Source: Camelus ferus (taxonomy: Eukaryota). From it: a stretch of 64,000 bases of DNA. Below are positions 51,922 to 63,330 of this stretch, piece by piece. Location of the stretch: assembly GCF_009834535.1 (NCBI RefSeq), contig NC_045697.1, positions 38,504,001 through 38,568,000 on the forward strand, written 5' to 3'. A program made the position numbers and the translations under genes. Below the pieces are notes generated by a model. It saw only the letters and a list, made by a program, of their open reading frames with translations. It was not told the origin of the DNA and did no database searches. Each line of letters starts with the position of its first letter. The stretch's first letter is position 1.

Positions 51922-52879
51922 GATCCGGGCACAGGATACCAGGATCAAGAGTTGTACGTGTGAAATTGCCAGCCATTAGGTGTTGCTCGAGCATAGACTT
52001 TGCAGAGTTTGAGTCATTTAGGGACAAAGCTGGAGAGGAGGGCAGAGGCCAAGTCATAAAGGACCTTTCTTCATAACACTTATAACACTGTGGTAATTAT
52101 CTAATGATTTTTCTGCTTCTGTCAACTGGGGCAAGATGTGCCTCTTTCCTCCTTCCCAGGTCTCTAGCACAGTGGTTTTCAAGCTGTAAATGAAGATTCA
52201 CTTTCTACAAACAAAAAAAGTTTGTTTATAAACTTTGACTATTGAATATATTGAATGTTGTAAAACATTCATGAAGCTGAAATTTTAAAAGGTGAGATAA
52301 AGATAAAATAATTTAAATTTTTTTAAAAATAATATTTAAAAATAATATTTTAAAAAATAAAATAAATAAAATAAAATTTTATTTTATTGGTTAACATTTC
52401 AAAAAATTTCTCTTTGCTTTATGAAAACACAGTGATTGAATATATGTCACTCTTTTTTGCTTTGTTTTGTTTTGGTTTCAGCACTGTGTGATACAGACAT
52501 TTGATGGCGTGATTACAAGTTCATTTTATTTTGAGAATTGAGTTTTAATAGCCAAAAAAGATAACTCATTAAGAAGTGTTGATCCAAATAGAACGACATC
52601 ATTGGCTGCACTTGGTAAATCATCATGTATGCTTTTCCATCTCATTCACCAGCTGTGTCAAGATTTTTGTTTCAATTCAGCTATTAATTGTTATTTTCCC
52701 ATGTCATTAAATTATTCTTACAAATTATGATTCAGATATTACATTTTTGTATTTCTAACAAAGAGTTCAAAACTCATTAAAATTCATTTGGAAGATTTAG
52801 AAAATTCTGTTTCCAAGTTTTTAAAGTGTACAGATGTGAAGATTTTATAAACTCCTTGTTCTTTTGACATTCACATATT

Positions 52880-53690
52880 CAAGTATTATTGCTAGGCATT
52901 GTTCTAGACCTTGGAGCTAGAATATTGAACACAAAACAGACAAAAATTCCTACTCTCATCATGGGAAAGGGAGATAGACAATAACAGATAAACAGGTGTA
53001 GTTAAAATATATTAGATGTTGATAAACATTAAAGAGAAAAACAAAGCAATGAAGAGAAATGGGAAGGGTTGGGAGTAGTTGCTGTTTTAGATGAAGGCCA
53101 GGGAAGGCCTCATGGAAAAGTGACTTTTCAGTAGAAATCTGAAGAAGGTATGAGAAGATATCTGGAACAATATTCAAGGCAATGAGAGCAGCCAGTGCAA
53201 AGGCCCTGAGGTCACACGTGCCTGGCTTCTTTGAGACATGGCACCATTGGGGCTGGAGTGGAGTAAATAAAGAAGAGAGGAACAGGAAATGATGTCAGTG
53301 AGTTAATGGTGTAATGGCCCAATCATTCAGGGACTTATAGGCCATTGTAGGGAGTCTGCCTTTTACTTTGAGATATATGGGAAACTATTAGATGTTTTTG
53401 AGCAGGAATGTTAATAGAGTGACTCTGGCTGCTGGGGGCAGTGGTGCAGTGAAGGATTTGGAGGAGTACATACAGGGAGGTCAACTTGGCAGCTGCTGCT
53501 ATAACCTAGGAGACAGATGATAGGGGCCAGGACTGGCATTAGCATGGTAGCAGTTGTAGATGAGGAGTGGTTGTGGTCACAATGTATTTTAAAGATACGT
53601 CAGTTAGTTGTCGGAAGAGAAAATTAGAGTTGGGACAATTTGTTGTGGGAAGTGTGAGAAAGAGAGAATTCAAGGATGACTCCTAAAAGT
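52880..53690 (-). mobile_element. L2 3' region inserted in the Charlie fossil
   Basis: 'cagccagtgcaaaggccctgaggt', 'ggacttataggccattgtagggagtctgccttttactttgag', 'caaggatgactcc'. Confidence 0.85.
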
Positions 53691-54224
53691 GATGGCTTTG
53701 ATCATTTTCAGCAATGACAAAAATCACCTTATGGAAAACTCTCCAAACACCTCTTTTCACAGTATTCTTTCCATAGGGTGAATTTCCTTGAAAAGTAGTT
53801 ATCACTCATCGGTAAAGCATCACCTTTATCAGTGAAGTAAACAACAACTGGCTATCAGCTGGATCTCTATTTAGAAAATATTTTTGGAGGAAAAAAAAAA
53901 AGAATAAATTGAACATGTTTTCTTTCTTTCTTTTTTTTCCACCAAAAACCTCTCTTCTAAAGCCAACAGCTGACAGTTGCCTTCAGTGAAGCAGTCAGGA
54001 TATTTTAGAACACTTGTCTACTTGTAATAGAACACATGTGAGTCAACTTAAAACTTGACAACTCTTCTTGGTGTGGTGGGATGAAATAACCAAGGAGCCA
54101 CTGTGTCATGTAAAAGATTTTCATGATCAATCCCATGTTATGACAAGGTTTTATTTGTTTTTTATTTTTGGGGAGGGAGGAGGTAATTAGGTTTATTTAT
54201 TTGTTTTTAATGAAGGTTGTGCTC

Positions 54225-54329
54225 AGTGCTGAACACTGGAATTTGACACAACATTGTAAAATGATTATAGATCAATAAAAAATGTTTAAAAAATAAATAA
54301 AAATAAAAATATACAACAGTAAAAAAAAA
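54225..54329 (+). mobile_element. Young L1 3' end with 16-bp TSD
   Basis: 'actggaatttgacacaacattgtaaaatgattatagatcaataaaa' plus A tail; aatgaaggttgtgctc at 54209-54224 and 54330-54345. Confidence 0.9.
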
Positions 54330-54339
54330 AATGAAGGTT

Positions 54340-54370
54340 GTGCTCGCTTCAGCAGCACATATACTAGAAT
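54340..54370 (+). pseudogene. RNU6: U6 snRNA 5' fragment (nt 1-31), tailless retropseudogene
   Basis: gtgctcgcttcagcagcacatatactagaat versus U6 GTGCTCGCTTCGGCAGCACATATACTAAAAT is 29/31; flanking repeat tttttaatgaaggt at 54204-54217 and 54372-54385. Confidence 0.9.
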
Positions 54371-55589
54371 ATTTTTAATGAAGGTGCTAGGGATTGAACC
54401 CAGGACCTCATGCATGCTAAGCATGTGCTCTACCACTGAGCTACACCCTTCCCCCTACAAGGTTTTATATTGATTCTACTAAATTGCCAGTTACATTCTG
54501 GAGCACAGTTACTCTTCTGGATTCAGTCTCTTTTCTGTAATATTTTGCCTCTGAACGATGCAATGGATGCTTTTCACAAGTGATATTATCTTTTCCTGGA
54601 CTCCTTTCTTCATTTTAAATACCTATTTCCTCAGATCTCCACCAACATTTTCTTTAACTATTAACTAGGAATGAGTTTGATTGATTACCAATTTTTCATC
54701 TGTGCATTATTTAATTGTCAGTAAACTTTTGATACCAGTGGCTGATTTTTGTGTATTGTTTAAATCATTTTTTACAGAGGCAGAGAGAACAACTATTTCA
54801 CAGTTGAGGTGTAGCTTGTCATTTGTTTGAAAATAATCATCACTAAGTATTGTATTGGGTACCATAGTGACTTAACGTCAGGGAAAAATACAGAGATTTG
54901 TATTCACATTTTATAGACTTAATTGTAAAATGTCTTGCTAATCACACTGGCTTTGTAATGTTGTTAGTTGCGCTTTTAAGGCACTTATAATGAAGTTCGT
55001 GGCTAATAATGAGTGGATGTAAATCAGTATTTCAAATAGTTATATTGACAGTTTCACATCTTAGGAGCTGATGGTTCATCATCAGACATCAGGTCAACGT
55101 TGTTTTAACCTCATAATGTTGCTGATGGAGAGCTCATATTCGAGATTCTGGAAACTTTGCAACATCCTTGCATTTATGTCTATTTTTCTCTATCTGTTTC
55201 TCTGTAAGAATAAAAGCAAAAAATTTAAAAGCAAAAGAGACCCTGTGCTTGCCTTGGGGAACCACAGTAAGGGAGCTGAGGAGAGTTAATCTGTCTGACA
55301 TCAGTGTGCTGGGGAGAAGAGTCTTAGATCATAGAGCTGAGATGAGAAGCCTTGGCTCTGCTTTTGAAGGGCCTGCTAAAGAGTTTATCAGTGTTACTAG
55401 CCTTCTTCAAAGAAACAGTTTTTACCTTTGTTGATTTTTCTCTACTTATGATTGTTTTCTATCTAGTTCATTGATTTCTTCTTCGATCCATGCTATTTAG
55501 AGGTATACTGCTTAATTTTCAAACATTTGAGAATTCTCTGGTTAACATTTTTATGTTGACGACTAGCTTAATTGAAAACCTACTGTGAC

Positions 55590-57000
55590 ATATATTAGTT
55601 AATCTTCAACAAAGGTGCTATCACATTTTAATGGAGAAAGGAAAGTCTTTTCAACAAATGTTGCAGGAACAAGTGGAGGAAAAATTTACCTCTTTCCCCT
55701 TCCTCACACTACAAACAAAAATTAATATGAGATAGATCACAGACATAAACATAAAGCTAAAACTATAAAACTTCTTGAAAAAAAAGTAAGTGAGTATCTT
55801 TTAGGCTTTGAAGTAGGCAAAGATTTCTTAAAAGATGACAAAAGCATTAAACATAAAGAAAAAATTGGGGTTCATCAACATCAAAAACTTCTGCTCATCA
55901 AAAGATGATTAGAAATTGAAAAGGCAAACAATGGGCTGGGAGAAAATGTAATACATAATCTACGAAAGACTGGCATCAGAATATAAAATGAACTCCTATA
56001 AATCAGTACTTTTTAAAAATGCAATTTGAAAAAAATGGACAAAAGACTTGAACGCACAAAACTATATTCAATTTTGTGTAATAATGTATAACGGGAAAAA
56101 ATCTGAAAGAAAATATATATGTCTGTATATGTATAACTAAGTCGCTTTGCTGTATGCCTGAAACTAACATTGTGAATCAACTATGCGTCAATAAAAACAA
56201 AACAAAACAAAACAAAATAAAACTTGAACAGACACCGCACAGAGAACGTAAGCAAAAAGCTACCATTAGCCACCAGGGAAATGCATATCAAAACCTTGCA
56301 CTGGAATGGGACAAACTAAAAGTCTGCCAACACCAAATGCTGATGAGGCTTTGTCAGCTGGAACTCTCATGTATTACTGGTGGGAGTATAAAATGATGCA
56401 GCTACTTTGGGAAAATGTTTGGCAATTTCTTATAAAGTTAAACATTCACCAACCCTATAACCAAGCAGTTCCACTCCTAGGTATTTACCCAAGAGGAATG
56501 AAAATGTATGTGCACAAAAAAACTTATATAAGAATATTTATAATAGCTTTAGTTATAATAGACCTAAAATGGAAACAACCAAATACCCATCTGTAAGGGA
56601 ATATATTAAAAAGTTGTAGTATTTTTATACAATGGACTGTTTATTGCTCAGCAGTAAAGAAGAGTAAACTGTTGATACACTCAACAGTGTAGATGAATCT
56701 TGGAGGTATTAAATAACAACAGACACAAAAGAGTACGTACTATATGAGCCCATTTTTTATGAAGCTCAAGTACCAGCAAAACTAATCTGCAGTAATAGCG
56801 GTGAGAACAGTGCTTGCCTTTGCGATGTGGAGATTGACAAAAAGGCACATGAGGGAACTTTCTGAAGTGATTAAAATATTTTATATTTTTATTTTGTTGG
56901 CGGTTACATAGTTGGATTCCTTTATTGAAATGTATCAAATTGTACATTTAAAAGCAGTCTATTTTACTGTATGTAAAATTTACTTCAATTTTAAAAATGG
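55590..57000 (+). mobile_element. Old L1: ORF2 3' portion and 3' UTR
   Basis: ORF 56306-56596 reads WENVWQFLIKLNIHQPYNQAVPLLGIYP...WKQP, the L1 ORF2p C-terminal region; upstream frames are broken. Confidence 0.9.
56054..56221 (+). mobile_element. Young L1 3' end nested in old L1, (CAAAA)n tail
   Basis: 'aactatattcaa...ctttgctgtatgcctgaaactaacattgtgaatcaactat'; acttgaac repeated at 56046-56053 and 56222-56229. Confidence 0.85.
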
Positions 57001-57066
57001 TACTGCTTGCATTTTCCTCTGAATCTATATTCCTTCAAAATAATAGGTTCAAAAAAGTACTCTTTT

Positions 57067-57193
57067 GGAGACAGGGTATAGCTCAGTGGTAGAGTGTGTG
57101 CCTAACACGTGTGAGGTCCTGGGTTCAATCCCTAGTACCTCTATTAAGGAAGAAAGAAATAAAAACCTAATTGCCGCCCCCCTCAAAAAAAAC
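57067..57193 (+). mobile_element. vic-1-type tRNA-Ala SINE
   Basis: 'gggtatagctcagtggtagagtg...gaggtcctgggttcaatccctagtacctc...aacctaattgccgccccc'. Confidence 0.92.
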
Positions 57194-58410
57194 ACTCTGT
57201 GGTTTCCATTTATGGAGATTTCTTGAAACATTTATGATCCACATGTGGTTAATTTCTGTAAATGTTAATGTGTGTATGTTAAAACACTAATCACAGTTGT
57301 TGAGTGAGGTATTCTAAATAGGTTACAAAGGTTGAGTTTGTTATTGTGGTGTTCAAATCTTACATATCCTTATGTGTTTTTGCTTGTTTTGTGAGTCACT
57401 AAGAAATGTGTGTTAAAATATTTTGTAATCTTTATAATTTTGAATGTATTAATCATTGTTATTTTAAAAATCATGTCCTGTGGCTCTACCTTGGTCACCC
57501 CTGCGTCTGTTTTCATTGTCTCTTTTTCTCTGCAATCTATTTGCTGTTATGTCTAGTAATTGTTGATTGAATGCAGGACATTATGTGTAAAGAGTCATAG
57601 ATGTCTTTCTTCGGAGGCTTACTTTTGCTTCTCATAGGCAGTCAGAGTAAAGCAGACCTCTTTAATCCAATGAGGGGCTGAACTGATTTGAGGCTCAGTT
57701 CTGGTATTTTTCAGGCCTTCATTCTAGGATGTTGCCCTTTAAGGGTCCTAACGGAAAGTATAGGATATTTACCTGGGCCGTGAACTCTAATTTTCCTTCC
57801 TCCAGCATCATGAAACTGTCAAAAGCTCTGTTAGCAGGGAGGGTGTAGCTCAGTGGTAGAGTGCATGCCTAGCATGCACGAGGTCCTGGGTTCAATCCCA
57901 GGTACCTCAATTAAAGAAAAAATAAATTACCCCCCCAAAACAAAAGCAATCAAAGAAACAAAAAAGCTCTGTTTTATTCCCCAGCCTCTTACCTGCTGTT
58001 TTCTGCTTGGTTTACATTCCTTATCAATGAGCAAATGCTTAGAAAGGCAGACTGTCCAGCTTGCTTCTCTGGGCTAACCTTCTCTTCGGGGTCTCCTCAG
58101 CCTGTGAGTCTGCCAAAAGGTCTGGTACCTTTATGTGCTTTGCAGCAGCTGCTTTCTGCTTGGCTTCTCAGGAGTTTTGCCCTGTGCCCCTAAAAGACTA
58201 GTAACGTTCCTGAGAGGAAAAGTAGTATGATGACTTGCCTCATTTTTTATTTCCCTTCTCCCTAAGATCTTGCCTCTCATGTCCTGGCTGCCTTGGTAGC
58301 TGGACTCCAGTGCTTTCAAACAGGTTTTTAAAATCATTTTATCCAGCTTTTCTAGTTGTGTTCAATGGAAGTTGGTCTGATACCAGCTCATCCCTCATAG
58401 CCATAACTGG
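57194..58410 (-). mobile_element. Old L1 pieces (ORF2 start/5' region); likely continues the fragment at ~55370-55575
   Basis: 'gtggttaatttctgtaaatgtt', 'gtgttcaaatcttacatatcctta', 'ttttatccagcttttctagttgt'. Confidence 0.6.
57833..57961 (+). mobile_element. vic-1-type tRNA-Ala SINE, 12-bp TSD
   Basis: Well-preserved A and B boxes; aaaagctctgtt at 57821-57832 and 57962-57973. Confidence 0.93.
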
Positions 58411-59137
58411 GAATCCTTCTTTAAGCACATATGGTCAACTCCTCAAAAGGACCCAGCAGCCATTGTCAGTCTGAGAATTGAAGCGATTTCTTCCCGTATC
58501 GTGGCCCCAGAATGTTGTCTTCTTTTCCTGGGCTTTGCAAAGGGCAGATTTGAATCTGAGGTTGTGTCCTGGACATTTTCCACCTCCTTTCCAGTTAAAA
58601 TCTACATCATGGTCATTACATCATGGTTTTCATTCCAGTGTGTTTAGAAGGAATTGTGTGTGCCCTACCCACAGGGAGCCCGTTGACCTAGTTAACTCTG
58701 TGATTGGCATTTGAATAAAAAGGTGCCTTCATTACCTCGGGGGGGGAAGAAATAATCTAATGATTACTGGGTTAACTTCTCCACTAGGGTGAATCTGTGT
58801 CTTCTGAATACTTAAATTTTAGCCAAACTACCATGAAAAATGAACATGAGAATTCTGTATGTAAGAAGGATGGGAGCCTCAGTATCCATGAATATGATTC
58901 TTTCAGTCCCTTCAAAAGGGGAAACCGTTTATAATAAATGCTTTTAAGGTCCTAGAATAAATTTAGACTAAGGAATGCAAATTTAATATTACTAAACCTA
59001 ATTGGAAACCTCAGCCAAAAAACTCTTCTGTACTGACTTCCTCCAAGGGATGGAAAAGAGATTCATTTTAAAGGTGTCCCCAGAGAGAATTGAAGATATA
59101 AAGCTCTCGATGTTTTTTTCTTTTTTTTCCTCAACAG

Positions 59138-59283
59138 TTCACAAGAGCAGTGATTCCCTGGCCTTTTGAACAATGTACCCTGTTTCCTGGCACACTCACC
59201 ACTGAGGGTAAATTCTTTTTACAAGAAGAAGATTTTGGAGGAGAGCTGTCTAACAAGGAAAGGACGTGTGGCTATTGAGATAG
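59138..59283 (+). other. Candidate non-coding (5' UTR-type or cryptic) exon, 146 nt
   Basis: Acceptor 'tgtttttttcttttttttcctcaacag|' and consensus donor 'TAG|gtaagt' in apparently non-repeat DNA; no frame is open throughout. Confidence 0.4.
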
Positions 59284-59439
59284 GTAAGTCATTTGTTTCG
59301 AGGATGGGGAAGGAAGTAGCGTACAGAGAAAATACTAAAGAACGTTTTCATTTATTGTGAGTGAGTCTCTAGAAATGGATAGTATGCATTTCACGAAATA
59401 TGAATTTAAAAGATCCTCATCATTTATCTTCTAATTCTA

Positions 59440-59590
59440 GACTTACTCGCCAGCTCTTCTACTTATCAGCTGTGTAATCTTAGACCAGTCACTTAGATTC
59501 TCAGAGCGCCGGTTCAGTCATCTATAAAAGAAAATTTCATATGAAAATGCTTTGCAAATGGGAGAATGGAAGATAAAAATGTAATTGTTT
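59440..59590 (+). mobile_element. MIR
   Basis: 'cagctcttctacttatcagctgtgtaatcttagaccagtcactt'. Confidence 0.65.
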
Positions 59591-60159
59591 ATTGTTCGTT
59601 GTTATTATTGTTTGTTTCTGTTGTCTGTGGAATAGTGAGTGGCCACGTGTCTCATGGTGCTTTTGGACCATAGAGCTTGTTCCTGTGAATCCGGGGGCTT
59701 TGTCCTGAGTGCCCCGAGTGGGAGGCATTTCCCACCTGGCCCCCTGTAAGAACAACATCATGTCATTCTTTTGGCTGCAGGTATCTATTGCCTACTTTTT
59801 GGAAGTTGGGGGAAAGGATGGAAGTTTAAGACGAGATCAAAGAAGAGAAAATAACAACTACCTGTATTAGTGTTATTACCACAAGCAGTGTATCACATGT
59901 GGGTTCATTTAATCCACATACCAAGCCTTGAAAGGTGGGTGTTATTCCCACCATGACGTTTTTCCTCAGGAGACAGGATTCCTTAAGAGGAGTCACTGAA
60001 AAGAAGATAAAAACTATCCTGGTTTATCATGATTTGTGAGATATTATTGGCTGGAGGGAATTTGAAGTTTTTAATTTTTTTCTGATGTCTTATGATACAA
60101 ATGGACAGCTTCTATAATTATAAAGTGATTAATTAAACATAAATGATGGATTAAAAAAA

Positions 60160-60600
60160 ATCTTTGTTGAGCAGCTGTTATGAACCTTGGCCCTATTCTA
60201 GTTGCTTGTTCTCATCAGTGAATAAAACAGCTGAAGATCCCTGCCCTCATGGAGCTTGTTCTAGCTTGGCGAGAGATAGATAATAAATAGCGCACATGAT
60301 AGAGAATGAAATAAATGACTAGGATATTAGAAGCCGGAAAGATTCTGGAAAAAAGAGAAAGTAAAGCCAAGTAAGGGTAACTGGGAATGCCAGGTAGGCG
60401 AGAGGACAGACTGCAGTGTTAAGTGAAGTGGCAGGGTCTCCCTTACGGAGGAGAGACAGGAATTCAGGGGTTAGCCCTGGCGTGTTCCTAGCAGAGGGAG
60501 CAGCTGATGCAAAGGCCCTGAGGAGGGAGCGTGGTGGGGCATCCCAGGTGCAGCCAGGAGGCCAGCGAGCTGGAGCAGAGTGGGTGGGAAGGACAGGAGC
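60160..60600 (-). mobile_element. L2 3' region
   Basis: 'gtgaataaaacagctgaagatccctgccctcatggagctt' and 'tgcaaaggccctgagg'. Confidence 0.8.
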
Positions 60601-60756
60601 ACTGTCAGCTCCGGAAGAAATAATGCCATTTCCTTGATTTGGATACATAAGAAAAGTTCCCTTGTTTTCATCTTGTCTATCTGGTTTATTCTAAATGTCT
60701 TTCCTCTGCAATTAAAATGCACACATATACAATAAATACATTACACCTCCTGCACT

Positions 60757-61223
60757 CTGTTAGTTCCTAGCGTTACTATAACAAAGAACCACAGACTGGG
60801 TGGCTTACAGCAACAACTGTGAGATGTATTGTCTCACAGTTCTGCAGGCTGGAAGTCCAAAATCAAGGGAGGGCTACACTTCCTTGGAGACATACGAGGG
60901 GAATCCTTCCTGGTCTCTTTGGAGCTGGTAGTGGTGACCATCCATCACTGACCTTCCGTGGTCTGCAGCTGCATCACTCCAGTCTCTGCCGCCATAGTCA
61001 TGTGACATCCTCCTATGTGTGTGTATCTTCACATGGCCCTTCTTCCTCTTAATGAGGACACCAGACATACTGGATTAAGGGCCTAACCTACCCCAGGATG
61101 ACCTCATCTTAACTATGACATCTGCAATCACCCTATTTCAAAATAAAGTCACATTCTGTGGTACTAGGGGGTTAGGAATTCTATGTATCCTTTTTTCGAG
61201 GGGGGGCACATTCAGCCATAACA
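60757..61223 (-). mobile_element. MaLR solo LTR (MLT1C-like)
   Basis: 'accacagactgggtggctta...tctcacagttctgcaggctggaagtccaaaatcaagg' through 'gacctcatcttaact...cattcagccataaca'. Confidence 0.9.
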
Positions 61224-63039
61224 GCACCTTAAATAACAAACAATAGGCATTACTAGTCCCATCTCGCAAGTGGAGAGACAGGCTCAGGATGCTTATATGA
61301 CTTGGCGAAGGTCAGAGCCCATAAGCAGAAGAGCCCGGCTGGTGTGATTTTATCATGGGCATGATCAGTGTTTTTATCAGTTTGATTCTGTCATGTGTTG
61401 GCAGCGATGTAAGGACGGAGGTGATGGGGAATTGCGCGGCTCGGGACAGGAGTTTCACACATACAACACTGCAGTCCTCATCCACCCTGCTTAACCCCAA
61501 GAGAGCTCAAAACTGATGCTCTACCTCAGCATTCCTATCAGAGGGTAAATAGATGCCCCTTCCATACCCCGCTCCCCATTTTGCACTTCATTCCATAGCA
61601 AGACAAACATAGGAAACAGATGCTTTTTTCCTCTTCTAGGAATTTTTCCAGAAAAACAATACTGTAGTTTCTGTGGCATGTAGAACATTTTATGACAGGA
61701 CCACATGTTTCTTTCTCACACAACATAGGAAAAAAGAGTGTGACTCTCCGAATCAGTTGGCATATTGCAGTACAATTGGGGGGTTTGAAAGCATTAATAT
61801 ATTTTGCTTTCTCAGCATATCTAAATATTTCTTCTTGATACAAAGCTTGTCTAGCCATTTGTGAAATCAACACTAGAACCTTATTTTAGGCTTTGTCTTG
61901 AAGGATACACTGAGGAAAGGAGGGATACAGCCAAACGGAACTGAACACTTGTGCGTGAGTCACAGTGAGGAGGGACATCCCTGGGCCAGGCTGCATGCAT
62001 GAGGCCGCCAAAGGCAAGACTCCCAAAAGAATACCTGAATCTTGGTCAAGGAAATCAGACGCTTAAAGTTAAGCATTAAGTCTAGGATGTGAGACCAAGC
62101 CACGGTTGGAAAAAATGTTGTAAGGTCAAAACCGGAAAAATTAGAGCTACATCAAGAAGCAGAGTGTGAGACCAACTGAATGGTTCAGAAGTTGGCTGGG
62201 CGAGGGGTTGGGAGGCTTGTTTGTCCGTGGCCCTGACTGCACCATGTGGGGCTGCAAGGGGGAAGACGAGGGTTAAGACTGAGCAGTCTCACACCTGCTT
62301 TTGCCAAGTAGGATTGTTAGCCATCTTTTGTTGTTGTCACATAGTCTTGTAGTTTCTTTTCAAGTTCCCTTCTCTCTCCCTCTGTTGTCAGAGTTTTTTT
62401 TCTCCCTGATTTCCTGGGCTCTTCTTTCCACTGAATAGATGACCACTTTGGATCTGTGTGTTGAGGCATATGTTCTTCCTAGTATCAAAAAGAAGTGGGG
62501 AGAAAAACTGCCTCTCTCTCAAAGATGCTTCTGTTCTTTGTTAAAACTGATTATCTTTGATCCTGAAAGCCAGTGGAAAGACCAAGACCTTTGTATTTTG
62601 GTACTGAATTAAAATGACCTGTAGCCTTTGTCTGATGTCCCCACTGTGGGAAGCCCACGCCCCAGAGCACAGCTCGATTGCACAGGTCTGCTGGGGCCCA
62701 AGGTTAGGAATCACGGGCGCACCCCCTCCACTCTGGTCGCCTTGCTGGTGCTGGTAACTCCAGACAAACAGTGGCTGCTCTTGCTGCTGCTGCAGGTGCC
62801 GATGTTGAGGGGCCAGCAAGTCAGGGGTCCCTGGTGAGAATGACTTCCCTGCTCCAGACTTTCTGGAAAAAAATGCTTTTTATAAGAAAGACCGAAAGGT
62901 GACAAATATTGCAACCTAGAGATCTATTTAATTTCCTTATCACGGCAGGATGGGCATAAAATCCTCCTTATCTCCAGGTAGTGGTAGATTTGTTGAGCCA
63001 TGAGAAATAGGCCTTTCATGAGAAAACATCTCTCTATAA

Positions 63040-63330
63040 AATATTTTTTATTCAGGTGAAATGCACATAACATAAAATTAACCATGTTGAAGAGAACCGC
63101 TCAGTGGCGTTTAGTGCATTCACAAGATTGTGTAACCACCACCTGTATCTTGTCCCCAGACATGGTCATGACCCCCAAATGAGACGTTCTACCCACAAAG
63201 CAGTTACTCCACATTTTTCCCTCCCTTCAACCCTTGGAAACCACCAATCTGCTTTCTGTTTCTATAGGTTTACCTATTCTAGCCATTTCATATATATGAA
63301 ATCATATACTATGTGACTTTCTGTGTCTGA
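63040..63330 (-). mobile_element. L1MB-like 3' end
   Basis: 'cacataacataaaattaaccat...tcagtggcgtttagtgcattcacaagattgtgtaaccaccacc'. Confidence 0.85.

Larger units (their letters stand above)
54155..54456 (-). mobile_element. vic-1-type SINE hosting U6 and L1 insertions, 12-bp TSD
   Basis: acaaggttttat at 54143-54154 and 54457-54468; head at ~54379-54455, tail at 54155-54210. Confidence 0.92.
52170..54630 (-). mobile_element. Fossil hAT/Charlie transposon with decayed transposase, split by later insertions
   Basis: Terminus 'cagtggttttcaa' at 52170. Minus-strand translations IHCIVQRQNITEKRLNPE (~54515-54570, CxxH region), GIDHENLLHDTVAPWL (~54085-54135, cf. LLxHTEVRWL) and AANDVVLFGSTLLNELSFLAIKT (~52540-52610, dimerisation motif). 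Confidence 0.8.

Noticed and set aside
54340..54370. Functional U6 snRNA gene
   Set aside because: Only the first 31 nt are present, the ACAGAGA box is absent, there is no upstream promoter, and it sits inside a SINE between direct repeats.
56306..56596. 96-aa ORF as a gene
   Set aside because: It is a decayed L1 ORF2p C-terminal remnant.
57836..57912. Apparent tRNA-Ala(AGC) genes (also near 5085, 16395, 29200, 41155, 54380, 57072)
   Set aside because: Each has a SINE tail, stem-breaking substitutions and in most cases a TSD. They are tRNA-derived SINEs, not tRNA genes.
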